A stretch of DNA of 64,000 nt from Gracilinanus agilis (GCF_016433145.1 NC_058132.1:270797373-270861372), one strand, 5' to 3'; positions 48,642 to 61,459 are shown, counted from the first letter of the stretch. A program made the numbers and translations. The notes: generated from the sequence alone by a model not told the origin.

Positions 48642-50702
48642 AGAATTGTCAGAGCTAACTCCATGTTTGGGATGCTCTGAAGGAAAGTGTGAGACAGAAG
48701 AAATATCAGGTTGCCTTCCAAACTGAAGATCTATAGAGTTTTTGTGCTGACCTCATCGTTGTATGTCTGTGAAATCTAAACGGTATCAGCCCCATGCCAG
48801 GAAACAGAATCAATTCCATTTGAATCGGCTTATGATTCTCAAGATGATCTGGCAAGGTAAGGCACCTGACTCTGAGATCCTTTCTTGAGCTGAACTGCCA
48901 AGCATGCAGACTCTACTTGTAGAGGGCAACTCTGATGGGCAAAAAGTATATTTGCCTAAAAGAGTATTTTATGGAAAATTTACATAAAGGGAGGTCAGAA
49001 GAAGTGATACAAGAGAACTTTGGCATCATTTATGAGACATGGGAGATACTGGCCCAGGATCATCCTGTAGGGTATGCCTCTTCATCAAAGAAGATGCTAA
49101 CTTTTATGAACAAAGCAGCATTGTAGTGTCTCAAAAGAAACATGAAACACACAAATTTAGAGATATCACCATCCTAAATGTTTATATGGACTATTTGTGC
49201 CAGACCTGTGGTGGAGCCTTTCAAGTTCATATTGCTCTGATCAGATGCTATCAGACACTGTACATTGATTTGAAAATAGCGAACATAGTGATATCATTTC
49301 AGTCCTCTTTGAGTATGTAGGACAACAAACAGATGTCTATATTTTGGAAGCCAAACCTTGATCTGAGAAATCTGATGTAGATTTTCCCCTCCAGTTTACC
49401 AATTTCTTTCTTATCCTAGATGCATTTTGTTTGTACAGAAGAAACTTTTCAATGTAATATAATCATAACAATCAGTTTTATATTTTATAATTAATCCCTT
49501 GTTTGATTTTTGTGAATTTAATCTCCTCTTCTAATTTTTATGTTAGGATTTTTAATATTAAGAACATATGTATTTGGAATTTTTTTTAGAATGTGGTATA
49601 AGATACTGGTCAAGCCTAATTTGTACCAAACTACTCTCCAGTTTTCACAGAATTTTTTAACAAATAAGTTGCTCAATTTGTGATTTCCATTTTATTTGAA
49701 TCCTAGCTTATATAATTCCAATGTTTTTGGTTCTCTCTTTTCTAATCTGTTCTATTAATCGCTTCTTTTATTTTGAAAACAATACCAAAAGGTTTTAAAG
49801 GATATTTTTAATGTAAAGTCTAGACCTATTGTTATTCCTTTATTTCTATCATTTCTCATTATTTATCTTTCTATTCCAGATTTTTTGATTCTCTGAATTT
49901 TATTATTGTTTAAATCAAATTCTATAACATATCCCTTTGTTAGACTGATTGGCAGAACATTAATACTGTAAATTAACTTGGGGAATATTATCAGTTTTAT
50001 TATATAGTCATGGTCCAACTACAAGCAATGAATATCTCACCAGCTATTTAAGTTCTTTGCTGTTCCTTAAAGGAGTACTTCATTAGTGAATCTGAACAGG
50101 TTATTTTATGTACTTTGGTAGCCCAGTCCAAAAATATTTTATGTATTCTATAGTTATTTGAATGGAATTTCATTCTCCATTAATATCTCTTAGATTATGT
50201 TATTGCACAAAATTCTGTTGATTTTTTATGGGTTTGTTTTGTAGCAACTGCGGTAGAGCTATTATCTCTATTATCCTTACTGGTTTCTTATCACATCATT
50301 AGCAAAGAGACATGATTTCATCTCCTCCTTGCCTTTCGTTTGTCTTTAATTTTGTCTTTTTCTTATTGCTATTATAAGAATGTCTAGAACTTTAACAAAT
50401 ACTAGAGGGGAGAGTGGGCATCCTTGCTTTAATCTTGAATGGTAAAAGTTCTAGTTTATTACCCTGGCATATGATGCTTTCTTTTAATTTTAGATAGATA
50501 TATATTTTCATTTATATATGTATTTAAAATCCCTCTCTATTCCTATAATAGGTATTTCCTATTTTTTTAGCATGAATGAGTGTTGTACTTTGTAAAGATT
50601 ATTGATGCATCCATTGAGATAGTCATATGGTTTTGGATTTTGTTTTGAATTAAATAAATCATATTGATTGTTTTCCTAATGTTGAGCCATCCTTGCATTC
50701 TT

Positions 50703-51110
50703 TGTCATTTGAAATTATTGTAAGCCCTGGAAGAATATGTCTCCCAGGACTCTCTTCTACTAAAACTTCCATTGGAAAGTATAAAAGGGAAAGTTTGGTG
50801 CCTTTTCTCTCTCTGAACCTTGGAGGCTGGCTGGGCTCTCTCTACCCTGAACCCTAATCTCTCTCTTGGCACCTTTTTCCCTTTCTGTCTACCTCCTAAT
50901 TTTCCCTAGACCTTTACCTTTCTAATTAAAATAAAACCTAGCTATTCAAAATCCTAAAGTTGCTCTGCCATCATTCATTTGAGGGCTTTGATCAATTTCC
51001 CCCTGCTGGGGCTGGGACCGCTAAATTCCTTTCCCTTCCTCTACCTTCCTCTCTCATTTCTTCCATCCATCCTACCTTCTTACCTATATCCCTTCACTTT
51101 CACCCACACA
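50703..51110 (+). mobile_element. Solo LTR (408 bp) inserted in L1
   Basis: TG...CA termini, perfect 6-bp TSD ATTCTT (50697-50702 / 51111-51116), TATAAAA at 50780 and AATAAA at 50930. L1 sequence rejoins across it. Confidence 0.88.
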
Positions 51111-53934
51111 ATTCTTAGCATAAATCAAATTTGGTAATAATGAATGATTCCTTGAATGGATTGATGTAGTCTGTTGGAAGGGATTTAAGTGAACATTTTG
51201 GAACCAACATTCATTAATGACACTGGTCTATAGTTCTCCTTTGCTTAGGCATTCACTGGTTATAATATTAGGACCATATTTGTTTCATAAAAAGTTACCT
51301 ATCCCTTCTTTTTCAAGTTTTTCTCTTTATGTGTTATATATTTTTGTTTCTACTTTGTTTGATGACATTTTTGCAATTTATACTTTTTGAGAACCATCCA
51401 ATAAAGAATAAGAGATATTTCATATAGCATTTTCCCAGCCCAATATATTTATTATATTTATTTTTAACCTTTTAAATAGGTTTCTTATAAGCAAAAGATT
51501 GTGGAGTTTTATTTACTCATCCAATTTTTCATTCACAGTTTTTGGATCATTTAGTATGTTTAAAGTTATGAAAGTTATTTCTATGTTTTTCTCTATAACG
51601 TCTCTACTATTGAGTTTTTTTCTGAATTAGGATTTTTTTGATGGGGTATGATTCCTATTTCTCTATTAAAAAAACAGTATTTTACTTTTATATTATTTCT
51701 TTTTAATCTAATTTAAGTTAAGACTATTCCTATTAACCTTCTTTTCCTCACCCTCAAATGCCACTTCCACTCTATCAGCCTTTTCCAATAACTTGGAAGT
51801 TTTATTTTTCCTTTTTCTTTCTTCACTTTGATTATCTAATTTAAGTATTTAATTCTTCCTCTCATTTTCTCTCTCAAATAGTTAACAGAATCTCCCTTAT
51901 CCCCCACTCAATTTTTTTTTATTTTTCTTACAATTTTCTATTTTTCTAAAAAGAACTTTGTTTAATTCTCTTCATTACTTATCTTCCATTTCTCTCTATT
52001 ATAGACTTTTGCTCTTTGATTATATTCTTATTTATTTCTTCTTTAGCCATTGTGTTTTTCATAGAATTAAAGCTGCCAAAGTACTTATGCTGAATTTCCT
52101 CTTCTAAAGAGTTTCCTTATTATTAACTTGATTAGATCTTACCCAAACTCTCTTTTTAATAAGTTAAATTTATTTTTTAAAATTTTTTAAATCGTCTAAC
52201 ATTTTTCTCTTTTCCATCTTCCCTCACTCACTGAGAAAAAGAAGGAAATTAAGAGAAACAGAGACACACGATATAAATAAATATAGAATCATTGTATGTG
52301 CAAACATAATCAAGCAAACCAAGTCCTGACATTGGCCAAATAAAAAAATGCATTATTCATTAAGCGTTAGTCTATCAACTCTCTATCATGATATTGGTAG
52401 TGTTCTTTGACAATCCTCTAGAATTAGGTTTAATTATTTTGTTGATTAGAGATCTTTAGAACTTTCCCCACTCTTTTTTTTTTTTTTTTTTTTTGGTACA
52501 TTGCTCCTAGAAAGAATTCATTTTTGGAGGAGATAGAAGTTGCAGAATTTTTGTCACCTCGTATATTGGAGTTTTATTTAATTATTTTGCTTTCCTTGGT
52601 TGCTATATGCACCTGTTTTCTTTTAATTTGTCTGTTATATTTTCAAAGTAAACAATTGGTATTCATATTTTTTCTTTAAAGAAATTCTCCAAAAGACTTT
52701 AATTTAATATCCATCTCCTTCATTAACTATTAGATGGGTTTCCAGGGAATGTCACTTTGTGTTGAATCTTGAGCTCCCTTCTTCCTTAAAATATACATGA
52801 TTCCATTATCTTTTACTCTTAATGGGAGAAAAATAGTTTTATATTACTTGATTTCCCCCTTCTATATTTCAGAGTCTTTCTCCTAGATGTTAGCAGAATT
52901 TGTTGTTTTTCATTAGAATTATTAAATTTTGCCATTGTTTATCTTGGATTGCGTACTATAATTTTTCTTGTTTGTTTATTTTTCCAAAAGTATTCTACGA
53001 ATTTTAAAAATTGTTGCTTTGTTTTCCATGTTTAGAAATTCTAGGCAATTTTCTTGTATTATTTCCTGTATCCAGGATTTTTGACTTGTCTTGTTCTTCT
53101 GGGAGAAATATGTTTTTCTCTTTGTCTCTATACAACCTATGTATGAGATCAATATATTTTGCTTGTATAGAGATCATTGTTTTTTAATACTATTAGTTTT
53201 TTCTTTATTTTTCTAATTTTTCCTTCACGTCTGAATATTTGCATTTCCAATCAGACTCTTTAAAAAAAGAGATTCTCTCTTTTCATTCTTTTAGTTTTCC
53301 AGAGATTCTCTATTTTAGTTCTCTCAAAAAGAGATTCTTCTAGTTCTTAGATGAGATTTGCTACAATATGTTCAAGGTTTTAAAAAAATTTTCTTCCAAT
53401 TACTTGTGCTATGTAGGCTAAAAATTGTGCTATCAATTATTATTTCTCTCTTGAATAATTCAGGAACATCATACTCTGATTCCATGTTCTTTTGGGAATC
53501 CATAGAGTCTTTCTGTATCAACAAGTACTGATTCATTTTTTTTTATCTTGTGATATTTTTTGAGAAGTTTGGATTCACTTTCTATCTCCTCCTTCTTGAT
53601 AGTAGAGCTTTCAAAGGAAAGTGACATCTGGCTGGTATTAGTTCTGTCCTCCCTATTACTGTCATAATCTAGAAGTTATCTGGAGAAAGGACTGCCATAG
53701 GTGAAAAGTGAATTTTCCAATTCCAAAAATTAGAAAAATAGAGGTATTCAGCCTGATGACAAAAAAGTTTCATGACTATCTTCTATTTTGTATTAAAGAT
53801 ATATAGAGTTAAGGCTCACAGTATCTTTTATACCTATGTATGCCTTCTTTTTGATTGGCCTGACAATACTTCATTTGGACCTCCCCTGTTAGTCTTGATT
53901 GTTGTTCATACTTTTTGTTGTGTCTAAATCTTCA

Positions 53935-54062
53935 TTGTGACATTAATGCATTGTTGGTGGAGTTTGGACTGATCCAACCATTCTGGAGGACTGTTTGGAA
54001 CTATGACCAAAGGGCTATAAAACTGTGTATACCCTCTGATCTGGTAATACCAATACTAGGTC
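53935..54062 (+). mobile_element. L1 ORF2 C-terminal fragment
   Basis: LIQPFWRTVWNYDQRAIKLCIPSDLVIPILG matches L1 LIQPFWR.IWNYAQR..K.CIPFDP.IPLLG. Confidence 0.85.
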
Positions 54063-54140
54063 CCTCTGGGGTTTTCTTAGCAAAGACACTAGAGTGGTTT
54101 GCCATTTCCTTCTCCAACTCATTTTATAGGTAAGGAATAG

Positions 54141-55691
54141 TGTGATATTGGAAATTTGGCAGTCCTTGAACTAATTTTGAGGTCCCTTCATGGTCACCAT
54201 TAATATAAGAAATATAATTAATATAGAGTGATAAAATAAAAAAAATCATGCTTTCAAAGGGTCTATTGAAAGCCATTTAGAAAAATGAAGCTATGTGCTT
54301 GAGGAACTTCTCTGCCAAATACTGAAACACTTGAAACTAGTGTTTGGAGTTCAGGGTTGCAGCTTTTCTGACATATGTTAGAGGCCAGACTTCCCTGAGC
54401 TTCATCCCTAGTCAAGCAACAAAGGTTGGCTATCATTATGGCTCACCCTATCCCTGAGAAAGTGCAGGCAAATCAGACCAGGGAAAGACACTTACCTTGC
54501 ACACAAATTTGGTACCTTTATTTCTCTTATAAGTGTGGCAACTTTCTATAGTTCTGGCTATTGAATGGGTAATTGCTTAAATCACTTTAATTGGGCCTTG
54601 ATTCAAGGACCTGTTATAAGTTTATTTTTTCCTCATCTTTTTGCACATAAGATTTTGATATTTTACATTTCCTTCACAAGCTATTTTTTCTTTTTTATTT
54701 GGATGTTTTTTATGTTTTTAGATTTCTTTTGCCAATTGATTCACACAGCCCCATAACTCAGCTATGTATCCTTAGCTTATCTGGGTGTTGGCCTTAATCC
54801 TCCTCAAGGGGGTATATGTTTTATAATCAGAATGTCTGTATTATAATCTATAATGAAAAATTTAATTCTTTTGAGAGTAATTTCAAGGGGGAATGTATAA
54901 TTCTCCTCAGAAGGGAATGTATGTTGTATAATCTATAATGTAAAGTTTAAATTCATTTGAGAAAAACTTCAGGATAAGAAATTTGCCATCTCCCCAGAAT
55001 CCAGACAACGAACCTTGGAGAAGACACCATGAAGATGCCTGTAGAAATCTATACTGCATCAAGAAGATCCAAAATGAACTTTGGGGTGCAGTTGATTGAA
55101 CTTTGGGGAGTTTAATGCATTTTCTTTGAATGTACACACTTAGGCCAAAGGGAATTGTCCCTTTGTCAATTGGCTTTTTGTCGATGCGTCTAGCAAAATA
55201 TTGGTTTTGCTTTCTCTCTTTTCCATTTCCCTCTTATCTCTAACTATTGTAGTTAGAAGACCTTTTTGGTTACAAGATAATTATGTAAAGTGATCACTTG
55301 GGGAGACTAGGTCCCCAAAGATCATTAGGGGGGAATGTGATATTGGAATTTTGGGAGTCCTTGAACTAATTTTCAGGTTCCTTGTCTAAACTTCCTGTGG
55401 ACATTTAGATCTCTTTCAAATTACATTTCCCGTGATTTCTCTTGTGTAATCAGGTGGACAGGAAGTGTAATAATATAATCAGGAGTATAAAGACTGATGA
55501 TGGCATTGGTACTTCCTCTCTCTTTGGTGATTTGGAGCAGAGCCAGGATGGGAGGAAGAGGTAACAGGGCCCCCATATTTTAAACTAACTCAACAGGCAC
55601 TTGGCTTCATTTATCTAAATGGCTTTCAATAAACCCTTTGAAACTATGATATTTTTAATTTTATCACTCTATATTAATTTTATTTCTTATA
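54141..55691 (+). mobile_element. Short non-coding ERV-derived element with a rearranged 5' LTR (ERV1-like)
   Basis: 4-bp TSD ATAG (54137-40 / 55692-95). The LTR head at 54141 matches the 3' LTR head at 55336 (44/48). PPT AGGGGGGAA at 55327-55335. The 3' LTR (55336-55691) has TATAAA at 55486 and AATAAA at 55628. No gag/pol/env recognised. Confidence 0.88.
54182..54199 (-). other. Primer-binding site, tRNA-Arg(UCG)-type, inverted relative to the provirus
   Basis: The minus strand reads TGGTGACCATGAAGGGAC, versus TGGCGACCACGAAGGGAC complementary to the 3' end of mammalian tRNA-Arg(UCG) as I recall it. Both differences are CpG transitions. It lies 4 nt after the inverted LTR end. Confidence 0.8.
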
Positions 55692-56029
55692 ATAGAAACC
55701 ATGGAGGTTAAGTGACTTGCCCGGGATCACATAGCTAAAAAGTATCTGAGGCCATATTTGAATTCAGGAAGAGGAGTCTTCTTGACTTCAGGTTTGGCAC
55801 TCTATCTACCTACCTGTCCCAACCCTAATTGGTGGACATTTTAATGAGCAGTTGGGCTAAGATTTTTCAGTTCAGGGCAGAGTCAGAAATCAAGGACATC
55901 TCTTGTGGAAGGCCCTAGTGCAAATTGGCTTCTTTTTTGGGATAAAAGGAAGAAAGAAGCCCCACCCAACCAATTAACAAACTGATGTCTTAGGGGCTGT
56001 GAGTAATTACATGATTCTATTCTTCCCAT

Positions 56030-57530
56030 CAGGAAAATATAAAAACAAAAAACAAAAACAAAACAAAAAATTGACCTTTAGATGTTGAATCTGAGGAAAT
56101 TGACGGATTCACATAAAAATATTGGTAAAAATTATACAATCCAACATTAATTTTCTTTATTGGTGATATTGGACTTTCTTGATTTATGTCTGATCTTATT
56201 GGAAAGAACATTATTTTATTCCCATTACATATAATACTAACCTTTGGTTTTCGATATATAGCATTTACCCTGTTCAGTAACAGTCTTTTTATTATTATAT
56301 TTTCTTTTTTTTGTAACTGAAATAGATGTTTTATTTATTTTTTGCCTCTATTGTTATAATCATGTTTCTTTTTCTTAGTCTTCCTATTTATAAGGTCAAT
56401 TCAATGTATATTTTTCTGATATTGAATAGTCATGTTGTCCAAATATAAATTCAACTTGGTTCTTCTAGTGTTTATTCTTTGGTTGCTATTGCCTTATTGC
56501 TGACATTTTATTCAAATTTTAATCAGTGTTTATTAGGGACATTGATCTATAGTTTTCTTTCTCTGTTTTGATTCTCCCTGGCTTTAGAAAACAACATCAT
56601 ATTTGTATCATAGCAGGAATTTTGTAGAATTTCTTTTTTTCCTGATTTTTGCAAAAAGTTTGTGTAATATTAGATTTGATTGTTGAATATTCAATAGTGT
56701 TTCCTTGTGAATCCATTTTATCCTCAGTATTTTTTAATTAGGTAAATAATTTTGCTTGCCAAATTTATTTTTATGAGATTGGGTCATTTTTGCCTTCCTT
56801 CTTTTCTGTTAATCTGAGAATATTATTTTTATGTATTAATTTAATTTATCAATTTTATTGGATAAAACAATTTCTAAAAGTGTCTTTTTATACCTTTGCT
56901 ATGATTTCTACTTTTTCAATTTTAATATTATTAATTTGTTTTTCCTCTTTTAGAAGAACAAAATTGACTAATTGTTAATCTATTCTATTAGTTCATCCCC
57001 CCAAAATAGCTCTTAATTTTATTTAGCAGTTTTTTGCTTTAAATTGTATTAACCTTTTCTATGATTTTTAGCATTTCCATTTTTGTGTTTATATTTTTTC
57101 ATTTTATTTATTTATTTTTCAAAAAATCCTTACCTTCAATATTAGAATTGATACTGTGTAATGATTCCAAGACAGAAGAGCAGTAAGTGCTACACAATGA
57201 GGATCAATGACTTGCCCAAGGTCTTACAACTAAGAAATGTTTAAGGACAGATTTGAACCCAGGACCTCTTGCCTCCAGGTCTGACTCTCAATTCTCTGAA
57301 CCATTTACTTGCCCCACTGTATTTATTTTTAAAATTCTATTTATTTTCCATTTTTAAAAATATTGTAGGTCTAATTAATTGATCTCTCTCATTTAGAGAC
57401 ATGCATTTTCCTTAAAGAAAAGTTTTTTGTTATATCCTAAAAATTTTGGTATGTTTTCTTATTGTTGTTATATTTTTGAAAATTGTCTATTGTTTCTATG
57501 ATTTTTTCTTTGACTCACTAATTTTTTTTC
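56030..57530 (-). mobile_element. Decayed L1 ORF2 fragments
   Basis: tatttgtatcatagcaggaattttgtagaa..., tttccttgtgaatccatt..., gatctctctcatttaga... are typical L1 antisense ORF2 sequence. Confidence 0.55.
57105..57315 (-). mobile_element. SINE1_Mdo-type SINE
   Basis: ccttaccttc...gatactgtgtaatgattccaagacagaagagcagtaag...gatttgaacccaggacctc. Confidence 0.8.
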
Positions 57531-57723
57531 TTTAAAAAGAAAACCTATCTTAGGATTGATACTGAATATCAATTCCAAGGTAAAAGAGTGGCAAGGGCTA
57601 GGCAGTTGGATTTAAATGACTTGGTTAGGATTGCACAGCTAGGAAATGTCTGAGGTCAGATTTGAAATGAGAACTTCCCATTCCCAGACCTGGCTCTCTA
57701 TCCTCTGAGCTTCCTAGCTGCCC
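57530..57723 (-). mobile_element. SINE1_Mdo-type SINE
   Basis: gatactgaatatcaattccaaggtaaaagagtggcaagggctaggc...cctggctctctatcctctgagcttcctagctgccc. Confidence 0.8.
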
Positions 57724-57924
57724 TGATCTACTAATTCTTTAGAGTTATTTTATTTAGTTGCAGATTAGTTTTAGTTTTTCTTCAGAAGGCCCATATTAGA
57801 TAACCATTTTAATGAATTGTGGTAAAAATAATATATTTCATATTTCTTTTTTATTTGTGAGGTTTTTATACTCTATTAACTTGTTAGTTTTTCTACTGGT
57901 TATACTGAAAAAAAGTAAGGCAGT

Positions 57925-58900
57925 GTCTGGATATAGACCAAAATACCAAGATACGGTCAAAATAGATCCATGATTGATACCTAAAAGGTGCTACTATTAG
58001 CAACTTAATGGAACATAGAGTAGTCTACCTGTCAAATCTATAGATCAAGGGAAGAATTTATGATCAAACAAGTGATAGAGAGCATTATAAGATGTAAAAA
58101 TGGATAACTTTATATTAACCCTTAAAGTTTTTGCACAAATAAAACTAGTGCAACCAAGATTAGGAAAAAAAAAGAGAAAGCTGGGTAAATATACAACAAG
58201 TATCTCTGATGAACACTTTGTTTCTAAAATTTATATATCAAACTGAGTTGAACCTACGAGACTACAAATAAGTTCCCTATTGATAAATGGTCAAAGGATA
58301 TTGGATAGACAGTTTTTAGAAGAAATCGAGACTAAATATAATCACATGAAAAATGCTCTAAAGTGCTCTTGATTTGAGAAATACAAATTAAAAATAATTC
58401 TGAGGTACCCCCTTGTATCTATCTGATTGACTAATATGACAGAAAAAGAAAATAAATTTTGTAGGGGTTGTGACAAAATTTGGACACTAATGTACTACTG
58501 ATGGTGTTGTGATTCAACCATTGTGGAAAGTGATTTAGAACTGTGCCCAAAGAGCTTTAAAACTGTTCATGCCCTTTGATCCAGCTATACTGCTACTAGA
58601 TCTGCATCCTAAGGAGATTTTTTTGAAGAGGAAAAAGGACCTGTTTGCATAAAAATATTTATAGCAGTTGTTTTCATTGTGGCAGTAAATCAATACAAAA
58701 CTGATTGCGTCATTCAGCAATTTCAGGAATATACCGAAAAGAGTAAAACGTTGGGGAGGAGGGTTGATAACATTTCTGTAAAGAATATTCCTTGTTATTA
58801 TGTTTGCAGTAACAACAAATTCTACAAAGTTCAATATCCAACAACTGGAGAATGACTAAGTAAATTATGGCATATCAATGTAATATTTTATGATGCTAAA
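57925..58900 (+). mobile_element. L1 ORF2 C-terminal third, decayed
   Basis: aaataagttccctattgataaatggtcaaaggatat..., caaattaaaaataattctgaggtacc..., caaccattgtggaaagtgatttagaactgtgcccaaagagc...gccctttgatccagc. Confidence 0.8.
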
Positions 58901-58929
58901 ATTTACATACCTACAAATATTTCTCAACT

Positions 58930-59500
58930 TAGCCCAAATCTAGCTCTCCAGCCTTTATTATGCTTTGCTTTCTTTGTTGTATAGTTCAGTCAAATCATCA
59001 TTCTTACTGTTTCTACCCTTAAAGATTCTATCTCCTTTCCATTCCTTTATACTAGCTGCCCATCCAGATTTCAAATAAAGTTCCTCCAATCCATTGCTGT
59101 CTCTTTGAATTCCATATTTCCTTCAAGATTCAGTTCAAGCACCACCCTCTACATGAGTCGTTTCCTCCATTTCCCAGTGCTCTTCTTTGCCAGATTATCT
59201 GTACATATTTTTGTATATTCTAGGCTTGTATTCTTATTTTTATACATGTTGTCCCCGCCANNNNNNNNNNNNNNNNNNNNNNNNNNNNNNNNNNNNNNNN
59301 NNNNNNNNNNNNNNNNNNNNNNNNNNNNNNNNNNNNNNNNNNNNNNNNNNNNNNNNNNNNNNNNNNNNNNNNNNNNNNNNNNNNNNNNNNNNNNNNNNNN
59401 NNNNNNNNNNNNNNNNNAGGGACTTTTTCATTTTTCTCTTTTCATTTCTAGTACCTAGAGTAGTCTATACATAGTATATGCTTAAGAAATACTTGTTGAT
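58930..59500 (+). mobile_element. L2 3' end spanning an assembly gap (N 59261-59417)
   Basis: ttcaagattcagttcaagcaccaccctctacatg...atgttgtccccgcca[N]agggact...ctagtacctag...catagtatatgcttaagaaatacttgttgattcattca. Confidence 0.7.
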
Positions 59501-60029
59501 TCATTCATATTCCAACATGTGTGTGTCTATGTCTATGTATATATGAATATAATTTGTATGTGTGTATATGTGTGTGTGTATACTGTGAAAGAGAAATAAA
59601 ACATCATAAAATGGTTGGTAATGAATGTCAGGGAGAATGAGGAATATGTATGGAAGAGGTAAGTGTCACCCCACCAAATTTTCTTAGAAAAGAGAGAATA
59701 TTATAATTAGGTCAACTGTATTGTTATAATACCTTTTTATTTTCAGCACTAGCTAAAAGACATTGGTTTTCCAATTCTCTGCCCACCCCAGACAATTTTT
59801 TTGCATCTTTAGGGCCTATTTCCAATGTACAAGATATTGGAATATTTGCCCCCAATTTGTTATAGCAATGGATATGTATAGGAATTTTGTTCAGTTAGCA
59901 ACATTTATGAATTGACAATTTTGTACAAAATATCACTGAATTAAATTTTTTTCCAGTAAATTTATCTTTTATTTCAATCACCAACTATTTATAAGAATCA
60001 ACTACATATAAAACACAGTGCCATATGCT

Positions 60030-60560
60030 GGAAGAAATTTTTAAAAATTACTAAAACATGACTTTTGGAAATGGAACTTATAGTCTATCTAGCTGGAGAC
60101 ATAATACACATATAAAAACTTCAGGCAATAATGCAAAGTAGATATTTAAAAGCTATAATTCTGGGTATAATATAATGTCAAGAAATAGGGACAAAAGTCT
60201 ACATGAGTGTAGGAGAAGGAATAATCATTCCAACTTGAAAAACCAGTGAAAACTTCCTGAAGGAGTTCAGATTTGAGTTGGGTCATGAAAGATAATTTCA
60301 ATTTCAAAAGGGATAAAGGATAAAGAGAATAGTTTAGGCACATCAAGTATATAAATAGAACAAAGTGATAGATATGTAAAAGTAATAGAAAGTACTCCGG
60401 TTTTATTCTAGTATATAGCATAGAAAGATTAATAGTTGGAAATGTGTGGAAGTGGTACATTGTTGAACTGCCAGGTCAAGGTGTTTGGCTTTTCCTAAGT
60501 AGACATTAGTCATCAAAAAGCACTGGGAAGAAGCACATCATGATTATAGCTGTGCATAAG
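60030..60560 (-). mobile_element. L2 fragment
   Basis: Antisense L2-type sequence (aaaacttcctgaaggagttcagatttgagttgggtcatgaaaga..., catgattatagctgtgc). Confidence 0.45.
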
Positions 60561-61459
60561 TCCTTCATCACTGCAGTTGATTACCATTGGTCTGGCTTGC
60601 TCTTGTAATATACAATTCAGAATGAACTTTTTGTGTTACACACAAAAATGTGTTTGATTCTTTCAGCTGAATCATGAGATATTTCCAGCATGGTGTCATC
60701 TGTTTTCTTCCAGTAATCTAAAGCCAGCATGGTCCTTTCAAAATGATTAAGGACTTATTTATTCCATGTCTACTATTTATTGATTGATTTATTCACTCAA
60801 GATATCTGGGTCTTCCATGATTACATTTGTTAGACTGTGGGTGAAACTCCCCACCCTTACATTAGCATGATCTGGTCAAAGTGTGAAGATAGGGAAATGC
60901 TCAAGAGGGAGGATAATCAGCTAATAAACTTTTGTAATAGTCCTGGAAAATATGAAAGAAGTGCCTTAGACTAAGATATTTTCAGTGGGAATAGAAAGAC
61001 AGAAATGATTGAAAAAACTATGAAAAGAAGTTTTGATAAGATAGAATCAATAGAGTGTTAACTGATTCAATATGGGAGGAAAAAAGAAGGGCCAACATAT
61101 AGGAGTATTGGGAATGAGTGACTAGGTTCTGTTGTTTGGGAATTCAGCCTACACAGGGAAATAAGAAGAGAAGTTGGTCTTGAGTAATAATGAGGGAGAG
61201 AAAAGTTCTCTTTTTGAAAAAAATTTATTTTATTGAAGGAAACTTGAATCTAGAACTTGGGAGATATGTGAGGCTGAAGAAAAGATTTGTGACTTATCTG
61301 TGTAGAAGTCAGTCATTTAATAATGTGAATGAATACGGTTTAAAAATGATGGTGGCTTAGTAGCAGGAAAAACTTGGAGCTGATCAGAAATTTCTTCCAA
61401 ACAGATCATTACAAAGCATTTCAAAAGGACACAGGTCAAAACAGTTCAAGTATAGGGGC

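Larger units (their letters stand above)
47611..49331 (+). mobile_element. RTE1_Mars-like LINE, 5'-truncated (RT to C-terminal C2H2 finger), decayed
   Basis: TKDFDAVSHEGLWKIMAKFGCLEKFI at 47611; NGVK*G*ELARMLFS; EILNAMDKFIYLGSILSRDIHINDMIDARISRA; YLCQTCGGAFQVHIALIR near the 3' end. Confidence 0.92.
46660..53700 (-). mobile_element. Long decayed L1 (ORF1 to ORF2 3' end) carrying nested insertions
   Basis: The minus strand shows RT motifs QGCPLSPLVF (~50400-50426) and LFAND (~50295-50310; FADD). ORF2 C-terminal sequence lies at ~47.1-47.5 kb and ORF1-like sequence at ~52.5-53.6 kb. The element continues across the RTE and LTR insertions. Confidence 0.7.
54063..55820 (-). mobile_element. Mar1-type SINE split by the ERV (54063-54140 and 55692-55820)
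   Basis: tagagtggtttgccatttccttctccaactcattttatag lies left of the ERV and ggttaagtgacttgcccgggatcacatagct...gaggccatatttgaattcagg lies right of it. Confidence 0.8.

Noticed and set aside
24109-59417. Idea that the N runs are masked exons of one gene
   Set aside because: The flanks lack consistent splice signals. One gap sits inside an L2 tail (59261-59417), one abuts a microsatellite and one abuts a SINE, so they behave like assembly gaps.
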